In this document: one piece after another, positions 46,901-57,821 of the stretch | Position numbering within the stretch: position 1 is the stretch's first letter | Layout: each line of letters begins with the position of its first letter | NCBI RefSeq assembly: GCF_006345805.1 | Contig: NW_021833652.1 | Coordinates: forward strand, 1-57,821 | Length of the DNA stretch: 57,821 nucleotides | From: Octopus sinensis | Taxonomy: Eukaryota | Direction of reading: 5' to 3' | Translations under genes and position numbers: made by a program | Notes under the pieces: model-generated | Seen by the model: only the letters and a program-made list of their open reading frames with translations | Database searches by the model: none | What the model was told of the DNA's origin: nothing

Positions 46901-49900
46901 AATGAGGGTCAGAGGTGTTCTACATGTAAGTATCTCATTATTTTGTGTATCAGAGGGTACATTATCCAATGTAGCTTTCATTATTTAAAGAAGATTTGGC
47001 TGCTATTTCGTGTAGGTTGAATAGCTATGTAGATGCTCTCCCGTTACATATGATAGATGTATTTACATTTTCTTTTGCTGTTTTTTTTCTTAAACTTCTC
47101 TAAATCAAAGTCCTTTATGTAATCCTTGAAATAAGTAATAGTTATATGATACACTACTCTAATTAACTCGCGTCATTATTATAGTATGTAAGAACTTGTG
47201 TGTGCATAGATCCATATATGTAGTCATTTCCATAGTGTGGTGTTTAATTTCAGTATTTCAGCTGAACAAAAATATAATACCTGCAAACATAACTGTTATG
47301 TTTACAAACATTATTTATAGATGCTAATTAAAATATCTCTTTAGTTATATTCTTTCTTGTGTTCTTGCTTGAGTCACAGTAAAAAAAATAAATACAAATC
47401 ATTAAAATATGAATAACAATTTTCATCAGTATTGCTGACTGTATAAATCAATTACTCCATATGTTGTACAATTCACACAGTAGCTCCCTAGCATTTCATT
47501 GACTATTTTGAAACTATATGTTGGGTCAAGCAGAGCTGACTTTGGCTAATCAAGAAAAGCATACAAACATGCTTATTTTACACTACACTAAATACTTGAT
47601 TTAATCAGGAAGAAAGGTTTATTCTTTGTGAATTGAATGAATATTATTTTAACTGTAAGATATTCTGTAACTGTCTGTCAAGGCATATATCTAACATTCA
47701 ATTTACTCTTGGCTTCAAACCACATGCTTTTTAGTTCAGTCCTACTTTGGTTAGTGGTGACATATTTTCTTTTGAACTCAATTGCCTTATCCAATAAGAA
47801 TCTTGTTATTGATGGATGAAAGTCCATAGTGTTGAACTGTGTAAACTTAGTTCTAGACTTACCTTTATGTTCTTAAATCAGTCTATAACAGTGTTGCTAT
47901 TTGCTTGCTCTTTCACTTTCATAGTCTTCCTGGTTCTATAATTAATGCCCCCCCCAGTGTAGTTTATAAGTCTCTACATGAATTTGTTTGTAAAATTGGG
48001 TTTGTGATCTTTTAGTTATGAAAGCTTCCTTTTAGCTAAACATTCTATACTATTAAATCCTTAAATCCTTAAAAATGTTTTAGCTCGAAGGCCGCGGTCA
48101 TGCTGGAGTACCACTGCTATTGTCAATTTTTACTAGGTTTGGCAAAGAGTTTAACCTCATTGTTTATGTCATCATACTTGTTGAGGTTAACTTTCCTAAC
48201 CTATCATAAATAGAGCATCTAGAATTCAAAATTAGCTTGTAGTTGTTATATTAATGATGTTGTTTATTCCCTACTGCTTTGTACTGAGCAATGGATATTC
48301 TTGTACAAGTGAATTTCTTATTTCTTAAAGAAGTATTCGTCAATTTTCATCAATAAAAATTGTATTGTACAATGAAAATTATTTTGTAAGTTATTTCAGT
48401 TTGATGTGATGGCTTCTAATTTTTTTCTCCAATTTTGAATACAATCTGATATTTTGTTGTAATGTTTACATTTTCACAAGTAAGTGCTGATTTTCACTTT
48501 TATATTTTGTAATGATTATCTGATCTACTACCATCAAGATTTATATCAAAATAAATCTAATCATTATCAACACAACTTGAGTTATAGTGCCCAAGTGCAT
48601 TGAACAACCATGCAGTAAAAAAAAATACAGGATAAACTTTGTGAAGGGGTGGAAATACCATGGTATTGGAGGAACCCTGACAACTTAGGTAAGACAACTT
48701 AGGTCAGATCTTGATTAAAACTATATGAGAATAAAGTTCATGTCCAGGACTTTCAAATGATGTACCAAAAAATGGGTTTTTGCATGGTCAAACTGTGTCA
48801 CCCCTTCCACAGAACTCTACAAGGATACTTGTTAAATTTATTGTAAAGCTCCAAACATAGAGAGAAAATCCAACTTATGTGGGTGTCCTGAACCAAAATT
48901 CTGTCATTTATAGCCATTTTTAATAGTATATTAAAATTTTATTGAAATGGTATCATGTCCCAAAATTACAGGATTTATTTACTCCCACAAGTAAATGTAC
49001 TATTAGAATTGTGCCAAAACTCAAGTTTCTTGGCTTGTAGTTTTGTATTTAACTGGGTCTGAAAACACTGCAAAATCAGCCATTTGTTACGTGACAAGAT
49101 ATGTATTACATAAATATTTAAAATACTGCCAAAAAATATTTTTCCAAGAACCTGAAAAAAATAGGCATCTACTATACCATGGTCACTATTAATTTTTTAT
49201 AATTTGAAGATGATTATCATCTCAGTTTCAAGGATATGACATTACAAATATTGCTACTTATTCATTTATATAAATTAGGCAAAATTTCGACAATTTCACT
49301 GACCATTCAAATCGTCATATTTCATAAAATGTTCATTCAAATTTCACAAATGTTCTTTTGGGATGCTCTCCTAGAAAAAGTACTGTAGAAATTACATTTA
49401 AATATTTTCAAAATTTCAGAGTAATATGAAATTTCATTGTTAGTCTTATCAGACAAAAAAACTATCTTATTTTTAGTGTTTTTAAAGGTTCTAAAATAAG
49501 TTTCTAGTGTAATATGAGAAAGATTAGAATACTTACAAAATTTAAAATTGGATACTATGCCTAGGAGGTCGATTTCAAAGGAGCTAAATCTTTTAACCTG
49601 AGGTGCTATTTATGTGTCTTTCTGTCATAAAATGAAGCTGACACCTACTGCATAGGATGGTATCTCACAGAATAGCCATGTTTATTCAGCCTGAACAGTT
49701 GCAGTATAGTGCATAGTATGCTGTACAAGTTCATCTGATTACTGCACTATCTGAGTATGTAACATAATAAATCCTCCTTTTACTGAATGATACTAGTAGA
49801 AATACTGCTCTCTGGTGGTTTTCTGCTAGAACATGTCACGTTTGCTTGTAGAAAACTGCTGTGCCATGCTTTTCTGTCAACACACACACACACATGCATG

Positions 49901-49974
49901 CATGTAGCAGTATTATGGGAAGGTTAACCAAGAAAGTGCTATTTGTATGTGACATATGTGGGTACAATGAATAC

Positions 49975-51015
49975 TAAGAATGCACAGAGAGTAAACTTCC
50001 TAAAATGTTTGGGGGAATCCTTAGGTGTAGTAGATAGCTTCCATTACCTAGGTGATCAAGTTTACAGTAGAGAAGTTCTGAAAGCATAGTTGCTAGAATA
50101 AGAACAGGCTGGGCAAAGTTCAAAGAGCTACTACCTTTGTTGGTAACAAAGAATCTCTCCCTTGGAGTGAAAGGCAGATTGCATGATACCTGTGTATGTA
50201 AAGCTATGCTATATGGTGATAAAACATGGGCTATGACTACAGAGGATATGCAAAGGCATATCCTCCAATGAAGCTGGTATGCTTTGCTGGATGGGTAATG
50301 TCAGTGTGCATGTACAACAGAGAGATAAATTGGTTATAAGAGGCAACAGTTGTACTATGTAAGAGAAGATTGCACTGGTACAGTCATGTGATGTGTATGA
50401 ATGAGGACAGCTGCATAAAGAAGTGCTGATCTGTGGCAGGGGTAGGCCCAAGAAAATGTGGGATGAAGTAATGAAAAAGGATCTTCAGATGTTGGGCCTC
50501 ACTCGCTGAGGAGATGGCATAGGACCAAGACTTCTGGCGATTTTTACTGTGCTTGAGAAGACATGTGAAGCTAAGTAAAATTGTGGCCATCCATACATAC
50601 AGGTATGTCTTTTATGGTCATACTCCAGACACAAGACATCTGAGAGGACCTTGTCTTCTGAGCTTGTAGGTGCTGGTACCATGTAAAAAGCACTCATATT
50701 GGTGCCATGTAGAAGGGCACTTGTGATGTTGCCACATGGAAGGGCACATGTGCTGGTTTCACATATGAAACACCTGTTCTGGTGCTACATTTAAAGCTCC
50801 TGTGCCAATGCCATGTATAAAGTACTTGTACCAGTGCCATGTAAAAAGCACCCAGTACACTCTGTAAAGTGGTTGGCATTAGGAAGGGTATTTGGCCTTA
50901 GAAACAATGTCAAAACAGACAATTGGAGCCTGGACAGCTCTCTAGCTGGCCAGTTCCTGTCAAACTGTCCAACCTAATTCCAGAATGGAAAATGGATGTT
51001 TGATGACGATGATGA
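49975..51015 (+). mobile_element. Old RTE 3' fragment
   Basis: VVDSFHYLGD, RIRTGWAKFKELLPLLVTK, UTR and (GAT)n tail. Confidence 0.85.
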
Positions 51016-52344
51016 TATGCATATTTTGTCTTCTTTTGCAGATATAGTGTTAAAATTTTCACAATTATTCTCAAGGTATCTCAAAGAAAAACCTTTATCA
51101 GTTTTAATTAAAATAGTAAACTATTGAATAGAAGTGGTAGAAATTGTGTGAGAAAGAGAAAGAAACAGCCTTGCAAGGAAACAAAGAGAAAGTGACAGAG
51201 CTGGGTTGGGGAGACAAAGGCAAGGGTTGTGAATGAAATTCGTGAGAGTGATTAAAGAAAATAAATAAAAGGAGGAAGATGTTGAAAAAAAAATACAAGC
51301 ATTAATGTATTACTTGACTATAAATTCTAAGTTCAATTTAGATAGAAAATAATCCAAATAATCAGTCAGTTTTTATCCAAAGTTATGCCCTTCAAACCAC
51401 AGTTGGGGTTGGTGACCACTTCTCACCTGTATGTTTTATTTGGCATGGTTTCTTGTCAGGATACCCTTCCTAACACCAGTTTGTTTACAGAGTGTACAAG
51501 GTGTATTTCATCATGGCACCAGCATTACACAGCTTATTATATTCTTGACAATAAAGTATCCTCTCAAAACTGTGATCTCACTGCTCATTTACCAACTACC
51601 TTAAAGACTATATGTGTACATTATATCATGATACTTGTACTAAGGATGTTATATTCTTGAAGCCATAACAGAATAAGTTTGAGGGGATAAAACTGGAATG
51701 TACAAGGATTAAATCTTTTATGTTTGGTTGACAACTCTTTGTTTTGTCAAGCTTCACTTGTAAATAAAAGTGAGAGTGGAGAGGTGGGTACTGTCCTTGA
51801 GTGAATTCATGGCAAGTTAGGTGAAAGTGGCAAAATTGATGGCACAAATCTGTATAAGTCTGTAGGTCAGAGAATGACAATTAGTGAGGGCTTATCCATT
51901 CAGAGTTTACTGTGATTGCAGATCATAGGGTCTTTTGGTAGAAGTATTCCAATATGAGTAGGACTGCATTATTCAAACAAGCATGGTTAACACATTTTTC
52001 TATAACTAAATAAAACTTCTAGGTAATTTTAATATGATAAGTAGAGAGTGAAACAGAGAGACAAGGCAAATGAGATGTATGTTGTGGCGAATAAAAATAA
52101 GTTAATGGATACACTTTGAATGAAGCAGGAGTTAGGTATATGACACAGTGAATAAACATGAGCTTTGTGTGCTTTAATCTTCAATAATAAAAGATGTTTG
52201 AAAACCACATTTTGATAAAAAATATATATTAAAACTGGAATTTAAAAGAATTTTCTAGACATTTTAGACTTTAATAATTGCTTTGTTTTAGTAAAGTTTA
52301 CATAATTCCAACTAATTAATAGTTTTCTTTATTATATTATGTAT

Positions 52345-52520
52345 CATCATCATCATCATCATTTAACACCCATATTCCATGTTGGCATATGTTAGATGGT
52401 TTGACAGGAGCTGACAAGCTGGAGGGCTGCACCAGGCTTTAGTAATATGTTTTAGCATGGTTTCTACAGCTAGATATCCTTCCTAATGTCAACTGCCTTG
52501 CAGAGTATAGTGAGTGCATT
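52345..52520 (-). mobile_element. RTE 3' tail fragment
   Basis: (CAT)n followed by the reverse complement of the UTR block. Confidence 0.7.
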
Positions 52521-52549
52521 GTATGTGTTGCCAGCACAGGTGCTTTTTT

Positions 52550-55010
52550 ATCATCATCTAGTCAAGTTTGTCTGGGCATTTTTGACCTGCACATGCCATC
52601 CATCTCATTTCTGCATTAATTGAGGGACATCTTCAGGGAGGCATCCAGTGTCTCTGGTGAGTTGATTTGCATACATTGTGTTCAAACAACCAGCTTAGAT
52701 ATAGCCTTGCTTTGGCATCCATAGTGGTAGGCCACTTACCACCTCTTGTTTAGCTCACCAGCAATGTCTTGCAAAGTGCAAGTGCTTTTTCTTTATGATG
52801 GTGGAAACAGGAGGGAGATCTCCATACAACTGTTTCTTGGTGGGATGAATTCTCCAAGATATATTTAAGACTGTTCTTAACATTCAGTTGTAAGTTTCAT
52901 TTACCTTGGATTCCAGTTTTTTAGTAAGCATCCAGGTTGTTGCTCCATATAAAAAGACTGACTCTACTGTTGCACAGAAAAAATTCTTCTTAAGGTTTTC
53001 TGACAAGATTGTTTTCTAGACAAACATCCAGTTTGTTTCGGGCTGGTCATGCTATGGCTGTCTGAAGTTTTACATCCTTTTCAGTTGAGACTGTTTCAGA
53101 ACTGAGGTACATGAAATCATCAATTTGATTGATGGGATCTCTGCTGATGTTGGTAATGGATCCTTGTTGATTGTGAGCAAGGAATTTAGTTTTACTAGGT
53201 TTAACATGTAGTCCAACATCGTGTGCAGCTAATTCTAGTAATTGGATGGAGTTTGATATTGTGTCAGTATAGTCTACATCAGTTATTTTTTGAGCTGGAT
53301 GTCTGATTGATCTTCTTTTCATGAGTGTGAAGCTGACATTGTTTAGATTGCCAAGTGATGTTCTGAGGAGATAATCCAAAATGATCACAAAGAGAAAAGG
53401 TGCCAATGTGTCCCTTTGGAGTACTCCAGCTCTGACGTCAAAGAAACTTGTATCTCCATCTGGGGATCTTACCTATCTTATATTGTTATAGAGCATCATA
53501 ACTGCTGCTGTTGTTTTCTCATGCATACCATAGGCCAGGAATATTTTTTTCCATTTTACTACAGAGGGTAGAGTCAAAAGCCTTTGAGAAATCAACAAAT
53601 TAATGCTGCCTCAAAATTTCTGGCTTTCACTCCTTCTTGTAGATGAACTGTAAGTATTTTTCCATTAGCTGATCTATTTTTTCTGGAGTCATTTTGATTT
53701 CTCCTCAAAACTTTCTCAATTTCTGGTTGTATCCTGTTGAGTAGGAGTAAATTAAAAATTTTTGCAGCAGTGGCTGTAAAAGTGATGTCTCTGTAGTTCT
53801 TTGTGAGACCCAAATCATCTTTCTTTGGAAATGGGAGTATGCAGCCTTCTGTCCATTTGTCAATGTTGCCTCCATTGTAGACTGTATTGCAGAAGCCAAA
53901 CATAATATTGTCGAATTCTCTTGTTTTCCAAGTGTTTTAAGTGTTTGTTAATGCCAGTATGATATCAAGAGTGTGGTCAATAATTGATGTTACATCTATA
54001 TCAGAAACTGAAGGGATATTCCCAAGCAAATTTTGAAAATGGTCCCTCCACTGTTCTAAGTATTTTTGAGAATTTTTAGCTTTAACTTTTAACTTGGACT
54101 TTTTGCATCTGTTTATTTTGTCTGCCAGGCTAGTGATGTTGTTTGCTGCAATGTGTTTAATTTATTTTACCTTGGATGTAGCTTTGCTGTTGAGATTGAT
54201 ATAAGTCTACTAGTTCTTTCTGTAGCTTTTTGAAATTGGCTTCATTTGAGAGGCTTAGGTATATAATTTTAGCTTGTATCACTTCTTTTAGATGTTTTCT
54301 GTTGTTTATCTTTTGGTCTCCCCAGAGGAGACGTTCATTATTTCTTGGTTGTTAGGAGTATGATCTTTTTTGCTGTTTCAGTGTGGGACATTACAAAATT
54401 GCTGTACACTGTGTTGGAAGAGTTTTCTTCATTTTCGTTTTGTACTGGCTGAAATCTGCTTCTAACTACTATGGTGCATTGATCACAGATTTCTCTGTTG
54501 TTCATTAAAACTGACTAGTCATATGTGGGCCTAGAGGCTGATTTGGTTTTGTTAGATATAAGGCTAAGGTGAAATTTTGATGTGGCTATTTTGTAGTCAC
54601 TGCTCACTCTTTAAAAATTATTATAAAATTCTGTGCTATTCACCCTTTTCTTATTGATTAGCATGTAATCCAATTGGGCATTTGAGCTATTGTCATAGGT
54701 GAATGTATATAGCTTGGAGAGGTTTTTTTTCAGAATTTGGCATTTAGACTTACTAACTCATTTTCAAGAATAAATTCAGTTATAGATATTTGCTATTTCT
54801 GTTCATGGTTGTGTGGAATGCATATCTATGGGCTATGGATCTTTCTGTCTTGGCATTCATATCACTTACAATTATGAGAGCACTGTGCTTTGGTATTTGT
54901 CTCCCTGATGTAGAGAGATCCTGATAAAAACTGGAAACCTTCGTCTGCTGTGTTTGTTGGTGAATAGCAAGATATGAGTGATATTTCTGGATTTTCATTA
55001 AAAAATGCTA
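52550..55010 (-). mobile_element. Decayed RTE-type LINE of a different family (APE + RT)
   Basis: WTEGCILPFPKKDDLGLTKNYRDI, APFLFVIILDY, DDFMYLSS, IIVSDMNAK. Confidence 0.88.
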
Positions 55011-55019
55011 TTATTACAC

Positions 55020-55222
55020 CCCCAAGTGTCCCCAAAAATCAATAAAATCCCTGTTTTCACAGCAAAGCAACCACTGTAGCACCTCAAAACGTCTCCCAAT
55101 CAATTTCTCATCTCAAGTTACCCCCTCCTGTAAATTTTAATCCCCTTCAAGCCCTATTTAGACCCCTTTTTACATAAATATCCAATTTGTATCAACGTTC
55201 GCCTTCTTCATTTTATAGATTA
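55020..55222 (-). mobile_element. Helitron-like 5' part (same family as 57092..57454)
   Basis: Matches about 57280..57450. Confidence 0.65.
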
Positions 55223-55442
55223 GATTGTTTTACTTGTTTCAGTATTATAACCCGATTTCATTCGGGTCTACTCGGGCATCACATTTTAAAAGATGAGGAA
55301 TTTTGCCCTAGAGGCGATGCCTTTCAATTGAGCAAACTCAAAGTTGCAATGCAAACTCGCAAGCACTTTTAACGTAGGTGTGCATATTTTCAGCTCAATT
55401 CGACCACATATGCGCACATTATATATATATATATATATATAT

Positions 55443-55679
55443 ACCGGAGTAAACACATAAATGTGAAACAAGGTGGAAAAAAGAGTACTCAAATACCAGT
55501 GGTAGAGTAATATGCTTTATTTAAAGCAGCAGAAAATTCAACAAAACCTGTTACTCTGAGTTTCACGTTCCCGTTCGTCGGACAGTTTTTGCTAGAATCT
55601 AGCAAAAACTGTCCGACGAACGGGAACGTGAAACTCAGAGTAACAGGTTTTGTTGAATTTTCTGCTGCTTTAAATAAAG
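55443..55679. mobile_element. Fold-back hammerhead element, family F (perfect 82-bp arms + about 70-nt tail)
   Basis: 55515..55596 is the exact reverse complement of 55598..55679; tail 55443..55514. Confidence 0.9.
55604..55651 (+). ncRNA. Candidate minimal hammerhead, U4C core (mirror copy on minus strand)
   Basis: CUGU-CCGACGA-ACG(GGAA)CGU-GAAA-CUC-A-GAG-UA-ACAG. Confidence 0.62.
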
Positions 55680-55711
<32 letters not shown>

Positions 55712-55804
55712 TACATATATATATACATACATATATACATACGCATTATATATACATGTCTACACACACATACATATATATAAATATATACACTTTATAT
55801 ATAT

Positions 55805-56037
55805 ATTTCTTTACTGCCCTCAAGGGGCTAAACATAGAGGGGACAAACAAGGGCAGACAAAGGGATTAAGTCGATTACATCGACCCAGTGCGAAACTGGT
55901 ACTTTATTTATCGACCCCGAGAGGATGAAAGGCAAAGTCGACCTCAGCAGAATTTGAACTCAGAACGTAACGGCAGACGAAATACGGCTATGCATTTCGC
56001 CCGGCATGCTAACGATTCTGCCAGCTCGCCGCCTTAC
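55805..56037 (-). mobile_element. Full-length tRNA-derived SINE (second family)
   Basis: Minus strand aaggcggcgagctggcagaatcgttagc..gagttcaaattc..tail gggcagtaaagaaa. Confidence 0.88.
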
Positions 56038-56074
56038 ACTTTATATATATGCACATATATATATGGATACACAT

Positions 56075-56580
56075 ATATATCAAATCAAATCAAAATAGAT
56101 GAACATCAATGGAATTTGTATCTTTGTGGTACCAGTGCCGGTGGCACACAAGATAACCATCCGAATGTGGCCGTAGCCAGTACCGCATCGACTGGCCTCC
56201 GTACTGTGGGCACGTAACAAACACCATCCGATCATGGCCGTTCGCCAGCCTCATCTGGCACCTGTGTCGGTGGCACATAAAAACACCATCCGAGCGTGGC
56301 CGTCTGCCAGCCTCGTCTGGCACCTATGTCGGTGGCACATAAAAAACACCATCCGAGCGTGGCTGTTTGCCAGCCTCGTCTGGCACCTGTGTCGGTGGCA
56401 CATAAAATCACCCACTACACTCTCGGAGTGGTTGGCGTTAGGAAGGGCATCCAGCTGTAGAAACACTGCCAGATCTGACTGGCCTGGTGCAGCCTTCGGG
56501 CTCCCCAGACCCCAGTTGAACCGTCCAACCCATGCTAGCATGGAAAGTGGACGTTAAATGATGATGATGATGATGATGAT
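56075..56580 (+). mobile_element. RTE 3' UTR with 60-61-bp tandem repeats
   Basis: caccatccga..gccagcctc..ggtggcacataaaa x3-4; (GAT)n tail. Confidence 0.88.
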
Positions 56581-57091
56581 ACACACACATATATATATAA
56601 ATTAACACTATATCTGATTAATAATATCTGTTATGTTTGTGCGGTGGTGGTGGGCAATAATAATTCACCGTTCTAAAAGGTGGCGAGAATATTTAAACTT
56701 TTGCATCTGTCAACGCTTTTTTCTATAGATTCAGACAGACATACAGTGAGAGAAGTGGTGGGAGAAAGATTGACAGAGAGACAGCGAGGCTGTCAAACGT
56801 TGTTATAGAGAGAAAGTAGAGGGAAGGAATGAAAGAGAGAGACAGGGGAAGACAGGCTGATATACGAAAGAGAGAAACGACAAACACTTGTCAATGTGTG
56901 GGTTTTGTTGCCCTATTAACCACAGCTTTTGAGATAGGAGTGTCTAAAGTAGTCCACTCTCTTCCTCGCCTCTTTTTACATGTACCTGTAAATTTTGTAG
57001 CCAATCCAACCCCATCTGGTGCCCCTTAACCCGTTCCAATCTCAAAATGAGACAAACGAATTTTTCGCATTTCAGCTTATTTAGATATTGA

Positions 57092-57454
57092 CTAGCTTAA
57101 GTTGACCCGCTTGTAGAGCGGGTGAGTGTGTGGTTGTTACTTTCTGTAGCTTCCTTTCTGTTTCTTATCGCCACATTCTCCCTCTTTGTTTCTCTCTTGT
57201 TTCTCACTTTCCCACTCTCTTACTCTTCCACTTTACCATGTTGAAATCCACTTCCACTTTACCATGTTGAAAATTTGATTGAAATCGCGCAAAGCAACTA
57301 CTGTAGCGCCCTGAAAGTCTCCCAATCAATTTCTCACCTCAAGTTACCCCTCCTGTAAATTTTAATCCCCTTCCAGCCCCATTTAGAGCCCTTTTTACAT
57401 AAAAATCCAATTTGTATCAACATTCGCCTTCTTCATTTTATAGATAGGATTAGA
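57092..57454 (-). mobile_element. Non-autonomous Helitron
   Basis: CTAG at 57092..57095, hairpin acccgc/gcgggt (57105..57123), TC-type 5' end near 57454. Confidence 0.7.
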
Positions 57455-57720
57455 TGCCAATCTGGAGGGGCTTAGAGTCACCTTGAATTGATAAAAGATC
57501 ACTCTTCCCAAAACATCTCCCAATCAATTTCTCACCTCAAGTTACCCCCTCCTGAAAATTTTAATCCCTTTCCAGCCCCTTTTATACCCCCTTTTTACAT
57601 AGTAGTCCAATTTGTATCAACGTTTGCTTTCTTCGTTTTATAGATTAGATATTAGATGCCAATCGCGCCATTCTGGAGGGGCTTAGAGTCACCTTGAATC
57701 GATAAAAAATCACTCTTCTC
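57318..57720. repeat. Tandem duplication, 2 x about 200 bp, spanning the Helitron 5' end
   Basis: tctcccaatcaatttctcacctcaag at about 57318 and 57516. Confidence 0.85.
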
Positions 57721-57821
57721 ACCATAGCAACTGCATCTTTCCAGATGGTGAGTTATAACCTACCCAACTCTCTGCCTCATCATGCCTTCTATGCCTGTGT
57801 CAATTTTCAGCTCGATCCGAC

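Noticed and set aside
44997-49970. Host exons in the largely unclassified AT-rich stretch
   Set aside because: Only short ORFs without motifs and weak splice pairs; cannot be supported.
57735-57753. tttccag-ATG-gtgagt (3-nt microexon or start-codon exon)
   Set aside because: Isolated motif beside repeats at the window edge with no supporting exon; not testable here.

Overview
Repeat-saturated, AT-rich eukaryotic DNA with no host exon that I can support. The repeat set resembles an octopus (cephalopod) genome, but that is inference only. It includes tRNA-derived SINEs, RTE 3' ends with (GAT)n tails, CR1 LINEs and very long (TA)n/(TATG)n tracts. Coding relics are one CR1 LINE with a fully open APE-RT ORF2 (4044..7040), a decayed second CR1 copy, RTE LINEs, three Penelope-like elements (PLEs; RT and/or GIY-YIG), hAT, mariner and maT transposase remnants, and a decayed LTR element. 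Non-autonomous Helitrons, MITEs and a piggyBac MITE are also present. The main discovery is a set of six unrelated short non-coding elements that each fold as a minimal type I hammerhead ribozyme. Their cores differ: canonical C3:G8, swapped G3:C8, U3:A8, U4C, and one with an insertion. Four of the six families are fold-backs: an inverted 3'-truncated copy plus a direct copy with a 30-70 nt unpaired tail. One carries a tRNA-type Pol III head and a 12-bp target site duplication (TSD), which suggests a PLE-mobilised, ribozyme-bearing SINE. All folds were read by eye and cleavage is untested. Most short ORFs in the track are microsatellite or antisense artefacts.
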